In this document: positions 45,782 through 55,888 of the stretch, piece after piece
Layout: the number at the start of each line of letters is the position of its first letter
Numbering within the stretch: the stretch's first letter is position 1
DNA from: Kofleriaceae bacterium
GTDB taxonomy: Bacteria; Myxococcota_A; Polyangia; Haliangiales; Haliangiaceae
Reading direction: 5' to 3'
DNA length: 64,000 nt
Assembly (NCBI GenBank): GCA_965215005.1
Contig: CBDCCZ010000006.1
Location: 64,001 to 128,000 of the forward strand
The notes under the pieces: generated by a model
Databases searched by the model: none
Told to the model about the DNA's origin: nothing
The model's input: the letters and a program-made list of their open reading frames with translations, nothing else
Made by a program: the position numbers and the translations under genes

Positions 45782-46989
45782 AGCGCCTTGGAATCTTGGG
45801 AGGCGGGCAGTTGGCGAAGATGCTCGCAGAAGCGGCGCTGCGGCAGGGAATCGCGCCAACAGTGCTCGTGAGTGAGGCCTCCGACCCCGCGGCCATCGAC
45901 GGGGCCACCCTCATCGTCGGGTCGCTGGATGCGCCTGCCGCACTGTCTGAGCTGGCAGCTAGCTCAGACGTGCTCACGCTCGAGAACGAGTTCATGGACC
46001 TAGACCAACTGGGGCGAGTCCTAGAGCAACATTCTGGGACGGTATTGCGACCGGGCGTCGAAAGCATCGCTACCGCCCAGGACAAGCTTGCGCAGCGGGG
46101 ACTGTTTCAGCGTCTGGGAATTGCGACGGCGGAGTTCGATCTCGTCCGCGCTGACTCTCTAGCGAGCGATCTCCAGCGAGTGCGAAAACGCTTTCCGAAC
46201 GGGTTCGTGCTCAAGTGGTCGCGCTTTGGCTATGACGGCCGCGGCAACCTGTTGGTTCCTTCCGGTCGAGAGGTCCCGCTGGAAGAGCTGGAAGAGTTTT
46301 GCCGCCTTGGCGAAACCCGAGGAGCCACCATCTACGCGGAGCGGATGGTGGACTTCGAGTGCGAGCTAGCCATGGTGTCGACGCGCGCGGCCGATGGCGA
46401 TCAAGTCTATTACCCTCTCGTGATCAGTCGACAAGAGCGCGGCGTGTGCAGGGAAGTCTACGGCCCCGCATCGGCCGCCGGCTACGATGAAGACCTCGAA
46501 CGAGCCGCCCGCGCGACCATTCGCTCAATCGCCACCGAGCTCGACCTCACGGGCACCTTGGCAGTGGAGTTCTTCCTAGAGCGCGATGGGCGTCTTCTGG
46601 TGAACGAAATGGCTCCACGAGTGCATAACAGCGGGCACTACACGCTCTTTGGCCAAACCCCGAGCCAGTTCGACCTCCACGTACAAGCGGTGATCGGCGC
46701 GCCGTTGTCGAGACCGGAGCTGCGCGGCCTCGGCGTCATGCGAAACCTCTTGGGCCCGTGGACAACACCACAGAACGTTACTTGCACCGCCCCCGCCGAG
46801 GCGCCACCCGAAGGCACCACGTTGACGTGGTACGGCAAGCAGCAGGTGTCGCCCGGTCGTAAGATGGGTCATCTGAGCGGACGAGCTACCTCACTTCAAG
46901 CCGCAATGGACTTGCTGGAGGCCATGGCGAGCTATGAAGCGCGATTTTGGAGCACCGTGAGCAGCTCCAACGAGGAGACCTCGCCATGA
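45763..46989 (+). CDS. purK: N5-carboxyaminoimidazole ribonucleotide synthase
   Basis: [61 protein letters not shown] before GTG 45763. Confidence 0.93.
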   Translation: MRPGLVKRLGILGGGQLAKMLAEAALRQGIAPTVLVSEASDPAAIDGATLIVGSLDAPAALSELAASSDVLTLENEFMDLDQLGRVLEQHSGTVLRPGVESIATAQDKLAQRGLFQRLGIATAEFDLVRADSLASDLQRVRKRFPNGFVLKWSRFGYDGRGNLLVPSGREVPLEELEEFCRLGETRGATIYAERMVDFECELAMVSTRAADGDQVYYPLVISRQERGVCREVYGPASAAGYDEDLERAARATIRSIATELDLTGTLAVEFFLERDGRLLVNEMAPRVHNSGHYTLFGQTPSQFDLHVQAVIGAPLSRPELRGLGVMRNLLGPWTTPQNVTCTAPAEAPPEGTTLTWYGKQQVSPGRKMGHLSGRATSLQAAMDLLEAMASYEARFWSTVSSSNEETSP

Positions 46990-47516
46990 CCATTGAGCCA
47001 CCCCGCGTAGCCATCATCATGGGCTCCGACTCCGACTGGCCAGTGATGAGAGCCGCCGCCGAAGCGCTGCGTGAGCTTGACGTGAGCTATGAGACAGCAG
47101 TGATCTCGGCTCACCGCATGCCGCAAGAGATGGCCGAGTTTGCCTCCAACGCAGCGGCCCGGGGCATCGCGGTGATCATCGCGGGTGCTGGCGGCGCGGC
47201 TCACCTGCCGGGAATGGTCGCGGCACACACCGAGCTGCCGGTGGTCGGAGTGCCCGTGCCGATTGGCCATCTACAGGGCATGGATGCGCTGCTATCTATC
47301 GTTCAGATGCCCAAAGGAGTTCCCGTTGCGAGCGTCGCCATCGGCGCGGCGTTTAACGCCGGTATATTGGCCGCGCAGATGCTTGCCTCTGGCGGCGTCG
47401 AGCCCGATCGGGCGCTATCGGAGCGGGTGCTAGCCTATAAGGCAAGACTGCGACAGGCCGCGGCCGCAAAGACGCTTCCGCCGATCTCGAGTGTCGAGGA
47501 GGACGCAACAGGATGA
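46986..47516 (+). CDS. purE: N5-CAIR mutase
   Basis: [40 protein letters not shown]. Confidence 0.96.
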   Translation: MTIEPPRVAIIMGSDSDWPVMRAAAEALRELDVSYETAVISAHRMPQEMAEFASNAAARGIAVIIAGAGGAAHLPGMVAAHTELPVVGVPVPIGHLQGMDALLSIVQMPKGVPVASVAIGAAFNAGILAAQMLASGGVEPDRALSERVLAYKARLRQAAAAKTLPPISSVEEDATG

Positions 47517-48412
47517 GACTGAGTCATCTGCGCGCACTCGAGGCCGAAGCCGTTCGCATCTTGCGTGAAGTGGCTGCCGAGTGCGAGCGTCCCGTGTTGC
47601 TCTTCAGCGGCGGGAAAGACTCGATTGCCCTCTTGCGCCTCGCAGTCAAAGCGTTTCGGCCAGCGCGGCTGCCCTTTCCGATCTTGCACGTCGACACAGG
47701 GCACAACTTCCCCGAGATCATCGAATTTCGTGACCGCCTGGTGGAAGCTCTGGGGGAAACGCTCATCGTCGCGAAGGTGCAAGATCGGATCGACCAAGGC
47801 TTACTGACCGATGAGACCGGCCCCGGAGCGAGTCGCAATCGACTCCAGATACCCGTGCTTCTCGAGGCGATCGCTACTCATCGGTTCGATGCTGCCATCG
47901 GCGGCGCTCGACGAGATGAGGAGAAAGCGAGGGCAAAGGAGCGGGTTTTTAGCCACCGGGATCGACATGGCCAGTGGGATCCTAAAAATCAACGCCCGGA
48001 GCTTTGGTCGCTCTACCACGGCAAACTTCGCCGAGGCGAGCACTTACGAGTCTTTCCGCTGAGCAACTGGACCGAGCTCGATGTCTGGGAATACATCGCC
48101 GCGGAAGAGATCGAAGTTCCCGAGTTGTATACCGCAAGAATCCGAACCGTGTTCGAACGAAGCGGTCTTCTCTACTGTCCTGCGCCGTTCGTCCACCGAC
48201 TGCCATCAGAGACTCTATTTGAGACAAAGGCTCGGTTTCGCACTGTTGGAGACATGACTTGCACCTGCGCAGTTCGGTCCCACGCCGAGACACTCGAGGA
48301 GATCATCGCCGAAGTGCGGTCCAGCCGGATCACCGAACGCGGCGCCACTCGTGCCGATGACCGTATGAGTGATGCAGCAATGGAAGACCGCAAGCGCGAG
48401 GGCTACTTCTAA
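47513..48412 (+). CDS. cysD: Sulfate adenylyltransferase subunit 2
   Basis: [51 protein letters not shown]. Confidence 0.96.
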   Translation: MRLSHLRALEAEAVRILREVAAECERPVLLFSGGKDSIALLRLAVKAFRPARLPFPILHVDTGHNFPEIIEFRDRLVEALGETLIVAKVQDRIDQGLLTDETGPGASRNRLQIPVLLEAIATHRFDAAIGGARRDEEKARAKERVFSHRDRHGQWDPKNQRPELWSLYHGKLRRGEHLRVFPLSNWTELDVWEYIAAEEIEVPELYTARIRTVFERSGLLYCPAPFVHRLPSETLFETKARFRTVGDMTCTCAVRSHAETLEEIIAEVRSSRITERGATRADDRMSDAAMEDRKREGYF

Positions 48413-48419
48413 ATCCGCC

Positions 48420-50474
48420 ATGACCACTTCTCCGCTAGACCCGAGCACTCAAGCTCCTGCGAGCCTGCCCGATCAGCTGCGGCTCGTCACCGCGGGAAGC
48501 GTGGACGATGGCAAATCCACGTTGATCGGTCGCCTGCTCTTCGACAGCAAGGCGATCTTCGACGATCAGTGGGAACAAGTTCGGGAGGTGAGCGCGCGCC
48601 GCGGAGACGAGCGCGTCGACCTGGCCCTCGTGACAGATGGTCTCCGCGCTGAGCGCGAGCAGGGCATCACCATCGACGTCGCGTATCGATACTTCTCGAC
48701 CTCCAAGCGCAAGTTCATCATCGCAGATGCGCCGGGGCACGTTCAGTACACGCGAAACATGGTCACCGGCGCGAGCACTGCCGATTTAGCGATCGTGATC
48801 ATTGACGCGCGCAACGGGTTCGTCGAACAGAGCAAGCGCCACATGTTCTTGGCGAGCTTGCTCGGAGTTCCCCATCTCGTAATTGCCGTAAACAAGATGG
48901 ATCTCGTCGGCTACTCGGAAGCTGTTTTCGAAAGGATCAAGCTAGACGTATCCTCATGGTCGGCAAAGCTCGAAGTGCGCGACCTCACGTTCATCCCGAT
49001 TAGCGCGGTAGTGGGCGACAACGTCATCGAGCGGAGCGCGAACATGCCCTGGTACGGTGGGAGTAATCTGCTGCACCACCTCGAGACCGTTCACATCGCG
49101 TCCGACCACAATCTGATCGATCTCCGATTTCCTGTGCAGTGGGTAATTCGCCCCCAGTCAGACGCCTACCGAGACTATCGCGGTTACGCCGGCGTAGTGG
49201 CTAGCGGCGTCATGCGACCGGGCGATGAAGTTGTCATCCTGCCAAGAGGAACCACCACCCGCATCACGCGAGTGGAAACATTCGATGGACCACTCGCCGA
49301 GGCATTTCCTCCAATGGCCGTCACGGTGCACTTGAAGGATGCAGTAGACGTGTCCCGCGGAGACATGCTGTGCAGACCGCAAAATCTACCGCATATTGGA
49401 ATGCGACTCGATGCCATGGTGGCTTGGATGAGCCGTAACCCTCTCTCTATTGGGAAAAGTTATGCCCTGAAGCAGGGCACCAGATGGACGAAGGCCACCG
49501 TATCGAGCATTCAGTACGAGCTCAACGTCAACACGCTGCATCGCGAAAGTGCGCAAACGCTGGCGCTCAATGGTATTGGTCGCGTTCAGCTGCAAGCCAC
49601 AGCACCCATTCCCTATGACGCCTACACGCGCAATCGCACGACGGGATCATTTATTCTGGTGGACGAGGCCTCCGGCGAAACTGTCGGCGCTGGAATGCTC
49701 CTTCAGCCACACACCGAAGAAGTCTTGGCGTTACCGGCTAGCGCGGAAACCGACAGGAGCGCAGGGGACGGTCGCCCTGGACTCTTCGTCACGGGTACTG
49801 ACACCGGAGTCGGAAAGACTGTGGTGAGTTGCGCTCTCGTCACAGCGCTCCGCAAGCAACAAGTTCGTGCCGTCGGCATGAAGCCCATCGCTTCCGGATG
49901 CGAAGCGACCCCCGAAGGACTGCGAAACGACGACGCAAGACTACTGCAGGCTGCCAGTGGAGTTAACGACTATGACCTCGTCAACCCCATTGCGTTCTTG
50001 CCGCCAATCGCGCCGCACATCGCGGCGGAACAAGTTGGGCAATCGATCTCGCTGGCCGCAATCGAGGTTGCCTTCCAGCGCCTCGCCGAGGATGCCGAAT
50101 TCATCGTCGTGGAGGGCGCAGGAGGCTACCGCGTGCCGCTTGCGACCGGCGGGCCGACCATCGCCGAGATTCCCAAGCGCTTGGGCCTCGGGGTGCTACT
50201 CGTCGTGGGCATCCGTGTTGGCTGTCTGAGCCACGCGATCTTGACCGCAGAGGCCATTCGCGCAGATGGATTAGAGCTCGTGGGATGGGTGGCGAACTGC
50301 CCAGACTCAACCGTTCTCGAAATAGACCGGCAAATCGCCACGCTCGCGGCCCACCTGGCCGCTCCGCTGCTGGGCGTCATCCCTTCACTAAAGCTCCGCG
50401 ACGAGAGAGACGCAAGCGTGGCGCATTCGTATCTGCACCTGCAACCGCTACTGTCGCGCCTAAAGGCGAAGTAA
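48420..50474 (+). CDS. cysN-bioD: Fusion of sulfate adenylyltransferase GTPase subunit CysN and dethiobiotin synthetase BioD
   Basis: GSVDDGKSTLIGRL, EREQGITIDVAYRYF, NKMD, ETVGAGM; then FVTGTDTGVGKT, KPIASG, APHIAA, VVEGAGG, GCLSHAILT, GWVAN in one uninterrupted frame. Confidence 0.92.
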   Translation: MTTSPLDPSTQAPASLPDQLRLVTAGSVDDGKSTLIGRLLFDSKAIFDDQWEQVREVSARRGDERVDLALVTDGLRAEREQGITIDVAYRYFSTSKRKFIIADAPGHVQYTRNMVTGASTADLAIVIIDARNGFVEQSKRHMFLASLLGVPHLVIAVNKMDLVGYSEAVFERIKLDVSSWSAKLEVRDLTFIPISAVVGDNVIERSANMPWYGGSNLLHHLETVHIASDHNLIDLRFPVQWVIRPQSDAYRDYRGYAGVVASGVMRPGDEVVILPRGTTTRITRVETFDGPLAEAFPPMAVTVHLKDAVDVSRGDMLCRPQNLPHIGMRLDAMVAWMSRNPLSIGKSYALKQGTRWTKATVSSIQYELNVNTLHRESAQTLALNGIGRVQLQATAPIPYDAYTRNRTTGSFILVDEASGETVGAGMLLQPHTEEVLALPASAETDRSAGDGRPGLFVTGTDTGVGKTVVSCALVTALRKQQVRAVGMKPIASGCEATPEGLRNDDARLLQAASGVNDYDLVNPIAFLPPIAPHIAAEQVGQSISLAAIEVAFQRLAEDAEFIVVEGAGGYRVPLATGGPTIAEIPKRLGLGVLLVVGIRVGCLSHAILTAEAIRADGLELVGWVANCPDSTVLEIDRQIATLAAHLAAPLLGVIPSLKLRDERDASVAHSYLHLQPLLSRLKAK

Positions 50475-50750
50475 GCCGCCTCGGAGGCTCCGTCCACCCT
50501 CCCCGCGAGTGGTGCACGAACCACGTTCTTCCGCGGCGTGAGAAGCGCTGGCACTCTGTGCGGGTGGATGAGCAGATGCTAACGAGCGCGAGAGGTTGGC
50601 TATTGCGGCGCCGGAGAGATCATCGACTAACGCGGCCGCTCGGCAGCGGCCTCGGTCGGCGCATCACGGGGTCGGCGAATCTTTGTAGTTGCGCGGCCGC
50701 CCAGAGGCGCTCGAGGAGGGCGCCGTCGAGGCGGCGCCACACCGCACTAC

Positions 50751-52196
50751 TTAGTTACAAATGCCTTCTGCAGAGTCGAAGCAGGCGCGCCCGCCTTGAT
50801 AGCAAACACAGGTGAATGCGCGATCGATGTTGCAGGTCTTCCTGAACGATGGGTAGTTGCCGCAAAGGGGCTCGCCATAGCGTTGCGTATCGGTGAGGCA
50901 GGTCTTGCCGCCGCCGCTACGAATGCAGGCTGCGATGGCTCGATAGTTATTCTTAAGGCCTGCCACGTTGCACTTGGTCGAGCCAAGCTTTGGCCCTTCG
51001 ACGGCGTGACGCTCGCAGCTACTACTCGTGACCTTCTGATAGATGGTCCAGACGTCTTTGCTAAAGAGCTCAAGGAGCTGATAGCGAATCGGGATCTGCC
51101 GTCCGAACAGCTTGAAGAAGTTCACGGCCGCGCCCACCGTTGCGTTGATGTTCACGCCCAGCTTGATGCCCACTTCCTGATTGGCTTGATGACGTCGCAA
51201 GAACAGGTTGGGGCCCGCATCTATATATAATCCGGCAACGCGAAACGGCGCGACGGTGACGCGGGGCTTGACGAATATCTTGCCCTCGAGCTGGAAATCA
51301 CTATCGGCAGTTATGCGTGGCGAGCCGCCGCGGCTTCGCGGCAGGTGCGCTCCGAGACGGGCCTGCCAGCCGCCGCCGCGGGTGTGGCTCGCCGAGCCTT
51401 CGATCCGCTCGCTGATCGTGACCGGCAGCGTCACCGCGATGTCGCCATCGTAGGTGGCCTGCACGCCAGCGATGAGCTCAACGGTGATGACCACGGGCAC
51501 CCATCCCGCAGAGACGACGAATTCACGCTTCATTCCCGGAATAGGTGTCTCGAAGCGCGAACTGGCTTTGCCGTGGGCTTCGAATACCAAGTCGAAGCGG
51601 GCGGCGATATCGATTGCATAGTCGGCGTGAAAATATTCATTCACCAGGTTCATCGACACCGCGATATCGGGTGTCACCGTGAGCTCGGCGTTGGCGACCG
51701 CAGCGCTTAGCGGTCCAACTTTGAGCAATGAGCGATCACCGAGGGGAAAGCGGATTCGCGGCCCGGCCCGCAGGTTGTTCAATGCAGGAGCGAAGCGCAC
51801 CGAGAAATCGAGCTCGGCGAACGCATCTTCCAGCGCAGCGGGCTCGGTTTTCACGATGATTGCATCATCATCCATAGGATCGATCGCAAGCACCCGACGG
51901 ATGCCGTCATCGGCGATCAAGATGGAGCCCAGCTGAATCGGCGACTCAGCTCCGTCATAGAGCAGCGTCATCGACTGGTCGGCAGCATCAAGTACTTCGA
52001 ATTCAGTCCCCGGTCCGACTCGCACTGCCTCCGGCTTGAGCTCTACCGAGCGCAGCTCCGAATCGACTGCCGTCGCGTCGAGCTCGCCCTCTGCGGGCGC
52101 TGTCGTGCATCCCGTGCCACCGACCAACATCGAGATCGCACCTAGAACCAAGGCTCTCCCAACACCAATGCCCCCGAGCTGCGCAGTTTCTGTCAT
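50751..52196 (-). CDS. Hypothetical lipoprotein, beta-rich body with 10-Cys C-terminal domain
   Basis: Hydrophobic leader ending GGTGC; C-terminal ~90 aa hold 10 Cys; start set at ATG 52196 from promoter position. Confidence 0.75.
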   Translation of the reverse strand: MTETAQLGGIGVGRALVLGAISMLVGGTGCTTAPAEGELDATAVDSELRSVELKPEAVRVGPGTEFEVLDAADQSMTLLYDGAESPIQLGSILIADDGIRRVLAIDPMDDDAIIVKTEPAALEDAFAELDFSVRFAPALNNLRAGPRIRFPLGDRSLLKVGPLSAAVANAELTVTPDIAVSMNLVNEYFHADYAIDIAARFDLVFEAHGKASSRFETPIPGMKREFVVSAGWVPVVITVELIAGVQATYDGDIAVTLPVTISERIEGSASHTRGGGWQARLGAHLPRSRGGSPRITADSDFQLEGKIFVKPRVTVAPFRVAGLYIDAGPNLFLRRHQANQEVGIKLGVNINATVGAAVNFFKLFGRQIPIRYQLLELFSKDVWTIYQKVTSSSCERHAVEGPKLGSTKCNVAGLKNNYRAIAACIRSGGGKTCLTDTQRYGEPLCGNYPSFRKTCNIDRAFTCVCYQGGRACFDSAEGICN

Positions 52197-52208
52197 GCGC
52201 ACAGCCTA

Positions 52209-52224
52209 AGCAACACCGATACCA
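52209..52224 (-). promoter_or_regulatory. Sigma54 (-24/-12) promoter
   Basis: Minus strand TGGTATCGGTGTTGCT, close to the TGGCAC-N5-TTGCW consensus. Confidence 0.7.
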
Positions 52225-52545
52225 TCGGGTCCAGAGCCAGAAATCCAGCCACACGACCCGGCGCAACGACCTCCGACCGCCCTGCGCTGGCCTGCAGCGG
52301 CTGCTAGAGCGCCAACCGCGGCCGAATCCGTCGCAGGCTACTGCAGTTGCCGGCACCTCTACATTGCACAGCATGGCCAGCGACTGCACACAACCAACAT
52401 CACTAGCGGATCATCCGCGTACATCTCCAAATGAGACATCGAAATGGTATTCGAGATTCGCCTGCCCTCGCCGCGCATTAGGCGGGCGAGATCGCGCCAT
52501 GCCTCCTGCGGCGGACGGCTATGTGACGGCTATGAGCCCGCGACT

Positions 52546-53610
52546 CTAATTCTTCTGCTTGCTCGAACGTTGGGTACCGAGGATCTCGCGGCGGCACGGC
52601 TCGATGAGCTCGGCCGTGACGCGGGCCCGATAGACGATGGGAGTGCGGTCGCGAAGCTGGCGCGCGATGCGAGCCGCTTCGACGCAGCGGCGGGCGGTGA
52701 GCGCAGCGCGCAGCGCTTGCAGCTGGGCCTCGCTCCAGCTGGCGTCTTCGTCGCCAGCTTCCTCGGCTTGCTCGCTGTACAAAGGCGCGGACGTGGCAAC
52801 GGGCGCAGCCGGCGCGGCCTCAGCAGACGACGTAACCGACCCAGACGCAGGCGCAGAATCGGTAGCCTCCGGTTTGGCGCTGCGCGCGGCTGCTCGCCGC
52901 TCGCGCTGAGCCCTTCCGGCGCCGGCCGCCTCGTCGGCCATCGCCGCCGCCTGCGGCTCGGCGGCTCGACGGCTCGGCGCTCCGCGGGGTTTCTGTGACT
53001 CTACCGCCGCCTTCTCGGTCCGCTCTTCGCGCTTGCCGATCGCTCGGTCAGCCGCAGCCGACGGCGCATCGTCACTTCCAGCCTCGAGGGCCGCCTCGAG
53101 CTCGAGCGCCATGGCCTCGTCGGCCAACCCTGCTGAGCGCGACAAATCACCGCCCACCACCGCCTCCCCTGCGGCGCTCGCACCGCCTCCCACGCTCTCG
53201 AGCGACGCAGGAGCTGCAGCGATGCGCGGCTCGGCGACTCGGTGCTCGCCGCGGATCAGCAGCGCGCCCGCGACCCCGGCGACGACCACCAAGGTGGCCA
53301 CGGCGGCGGCGGCAGGGTGTGCGGTGAGCGGAGCCAAGAAGTCGCGCATCCGCTCCCACCAAGAACCCGCTGCGGGGGTGCTGGGAGCTCGCTTGCCGGC
53401 TTCATGGAGCAGCCGCTGACTGAGCGCCGCAGGCGGCTCCAGCGCCGGCACTTTGTGCAGCTCCTCGCGGGCTTCGGCCATGCGGGCCAGAGCACCTCGA
53501 TCCTCAGGATGAGCCTCGAGGTGCCTCTCGAGCTCCGCCGACTCGACGTCGTCGAGCTCACCGTAGAGCCGGCCGACGAGGAGCGCGTCAATGGATTCGT
53601 TCTGCGACAT
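52546..53610 (-). CDS. Putative transmembrane anti-sigma factor (degenerate zf-HC2)
   Basis: LYGELD…LERHLEAHPEDR, EPPAALSQRLL, TM segment, low-complexity periplasmic region. Confidence 0.7.
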   Translation of the reverse strand: MSQNESIDALLVGRLYGELDDVESAELERHLEAHPEDRGALARMAEAREELHKVPALEPPAALSQRLLHEAGKRAPSTPAAGSWWERMRDFLAPLTAHPAAAAVATLVVVAGVAGALLIRGEHRVAEPRIAAAPASLESVGGGASAAGEAVVGGDLSRSAGLADEAMALELEAALEAGSDDAPSAAADRAIGKREERTEKAAVESQKPRGAPSRRAAEPQAAAMADEAAGAGRAQRERRAAARSAKPEATDSAPASGSVTSSAEAAPAAPVATSAPLYSEQAEEAGDEDASWSEAQLQALRAALTARRCVEAARIARQLRDRTPIVYRARVTAELIEPCRREILGTQRSSKQKN

Positions 53611-53789
53611 GGCGAGCTCGGGGCATCTTAGCGTTGTTGGGCGCCGCCGGCGAATCCTTGCGCGGGACGGCTGCGCGGCGGGGCCTACAGCGTTGCACGC
53701 CCCAGCGGCGCGCTTGGTCTAACCCCGGCGAATTCAAACCCCGAAGCCCCGGCCTTGCCCGCCGACGAGCCTCGGCCGATGCTCCATTC

Positions 53790-54575
53790 ATGAGTGTTTT
53801 TCGACCCGACATCCTCGCTGGCCACGTCGCGCTCATCACCGGTGGCGGCAGCGGCATCTGCAAAGGCATCGCGCATGCTTTCGCCGCCCATGGCGCCAAC
53901 GTCTGCATCACCAGCCGTAAGCAGGAGGCGCTCGATGCTGCCGCCGCCGAGATCGCCGCCGCGACGGGTGGCCAGGTGTTAGCGGTGGCCGCCGACGTTC
54001 GTGAGCTCGAAGCTCTGCAGAACGTGGCGGCGAAAACCATCGAGCGCTTTGGCCGCCTCGATACCTTGGTCAATGGCGCGGCTGGCAACTTCTTGGCGCC
54101 GGCGGCAGCACTTTCCTCCAATGCTTTCAAGACGGTCGTAGACATCGACCTCATCGGCACGTTTCACGGGTGCAAAGCAGCGTTCGAAGCGCTGCAAGCC
54201 AGCGGCGACGCGCTGATTCTCAACATCAGTGCCACCCTGCACTACCACGGCACGCCATTGCAGCTGCATCCCTCCGCCGCCAAGGCAGGCGTCGACGCGC
54301 TCACGAAGAACCTGGCCGTCGAGTGGGGGCCGATGGGCATCCGCGTCAATGGGATCGCGCCGGGGCCGATCGGCGACACCGAGGGGATGCGTCGGCTCGC
54401 CCCGGGCGAGGTTGGCGACAAGCTGCGAAAGCACATTCCGCTCGGTCGCCTGGGCCGCATCGATGAGATTGCACAAGCCGCGGTTTACTTGCGCTCGGCC
54501 GCCGCGAGCTACATCACCGGTGCGGTTTTGGTCGTTGATGGTGGCCAGTGCATCGCGGCGCCGTCATTCATGTAG
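53790..54575 (+). CDS. SDR oxidoreductase, 2,4-dienoyl-CoA reductase-like
   Basis: ITGGGSGI, NGAAGNF, ISATLHY, AAKAGVD, IAPGPI…EG. Confidence 0.9.
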   Translation: MSVFRPDILAGHVALITGGGSGICKGIAHAFAAHGANVCITSRKQEALDAAAAEIAAATGGQVLAVAADVRELEALQNVAAKTIERFGRLDTLVNGAAGNFLAPAAALSSNAFKTVVDIDLIGTFHGCKAAFEALQASGDALILNISATLHYHGTPLQLHPSAAKAGVDALTKNLAVEWGPMGIRVNGIAPGPIGDTEGMRRLAPGEVGDKLRKHIPLGRLGRIDEIAQAAVYLRSAAASYITGAVLVVDGGQCIAAPSFM

Positions 54576-54589
54576 CTTGAGAAACAGCA

Positions 54590-55888
54590 TCAGGACATCC
54601 GCACCCAGCGAATCAGCTCGCGCAGCGAGGGCCGCTTGCCATGCATGAGGATGCCCACGCGGTAGATGCGCGCCGCGAGCCACACCACTGCAACGGTTGC
54701 AACGAGCAACAGCGCGAGCGAGAGCACGACGTCGCCGGCGGTGGCGCCGCCCATGAGCCAACGCATCGGCATCAGCACCGGAGAGGAGAATGGGATGAGC
54801 GTGAGCAGCTCAGCGGAGCTCGAGCGTGGATCGTTGGCCACAATTTGCACGCAAAGCACCGGAATGAGCAAGAACAGCATCACCGGTGTCTGTGCCTGCT
54901 GCGCTTCCTGGTCGCTGTTGACCATCGCGCCAACGGCAGCATAGAGCGACGAGTAGAACGTATAGCCGGCAAAGAAGTAGGCAAGAATCACCGCCACGTC
55001 GACGACGCCGAGCGCGGGCAGGTCAAAGCCACCGCCGCTCACGCCAAACAATCCGAGAATGACGTCTTGATAGCGCACCAACACCGCGGCAATCAGCGCC
55101 CAAATGCCCAGCTGAAACAATCCCACAGCGCCGACGCCGACGATCTTGCCGAGCATCAGCGCGTGCGGCTTGATCGCGCTAACGAGGATCTCGACGACGC
55201 GGCTGGTTTTCTCCTGCACCACGCTGCGCAGAACGTTTACGCCGTACAGCAGAATCGCCATGTAGAGGATGAACATCACCACGTAGCCGGTGATGAACAG
55301 AGCAGCGCCAGAGGTAGCCTGGGCGCGGCCGGTGGTGTGGCGCGGGATGACGAGCACCGGCTCGAGCACCTTGCGCGCGACCGCTGCGGAAACGCCGGCG
55401 TGGGTGGCGCGCACGCGCTGCACCGCGAGCACGACCTGGCGCTCGAGGAGCGTCATGATCATGAGGCTCGTGGCGTTGTCGCCGCTATAGATGACGTTGG
55501 GGAAGTCGCTCGTTAGAAGATTCTCGGGCACGACGAGAAATCCATCGATCTCTTCGGACGCGATCTGCGCGAGCAAGTCCTTCTCCGGCGTCTCCGTGGC
55601 CACCAGCTCGGCGTGGATGCGGACCTCGGCGAGCGAGTCGATTAGCTCAACGCCAACTTGGCCGCTGCGATCGATGATGCGCACCTCGGTGGCGTCTTTG
55701 GCAGCATCGGCGGCAAGCAGAGCCGGCACGACGATGACGCCGACCATTCCAATCGGCCCAAGTATGGTGACGATGACAAACCAAATGGTGCGGACGCGCT
55801 CGCGAAATTCGCGCCGCGCGATCACCATCCAAGGAGCACGCCTGCCTGTCATCCGGGTCCTCTCGTTGCTCCGCAGCAAGCTTCGCAC
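54590..55888 (-). CDS. ABC-2 transporter permease (NatB/YhaP-like)
   Basis: IARREFRERVR, VVQEKTSRVVEILVS, GKIVG, IPFSSPVLMPMR, RIYRVGILMHG; alternative start 55852. Confidence 0.9.
   Translation of the reverse strand: MRSLLRSNERTRMTGRRAPWMVIARREFRERVRTIWFVIVTILGPIGMVGVIVVPALLAADAAKDATEVRIIDRSGQVGVELIDSLAEVRIHAELVATETPEKDLLAQIASEEIDGFLVVPENLLTSDFPNVIYSGDNATSLMIMTLLERQVVLAVQRVRATHAGVSAAVARKVLEPVLVIPRHTTGRAQATSGAALFITGYVVMFILYMAILLYGVNVLRSVVQEKTSRVVEILVSAIKPHALMLGKIVGVGAVGLFQLGIWALIAAVLVRYQDVILGLFGVSGGGFDLPALGVVDVAVILAYFFAGYTFYSSLYAAVGAMVNSDQEAQQAQTPVMLFLLIPVLCVQIVANDPRSSSAELLTLIPFSSPVLMPMRWLMGGATAGDVVLSLALLLVATVAVVWLAARIYRVGILMHGKRPSLRELIRWVRMS

Noticed and set aside
45320..52545. Defined mobile element around the purK-bioD operon
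   Set aside because: No transposase, integrase, terminal inverted repeats or target duplication were found; foreign origin remains an inference.
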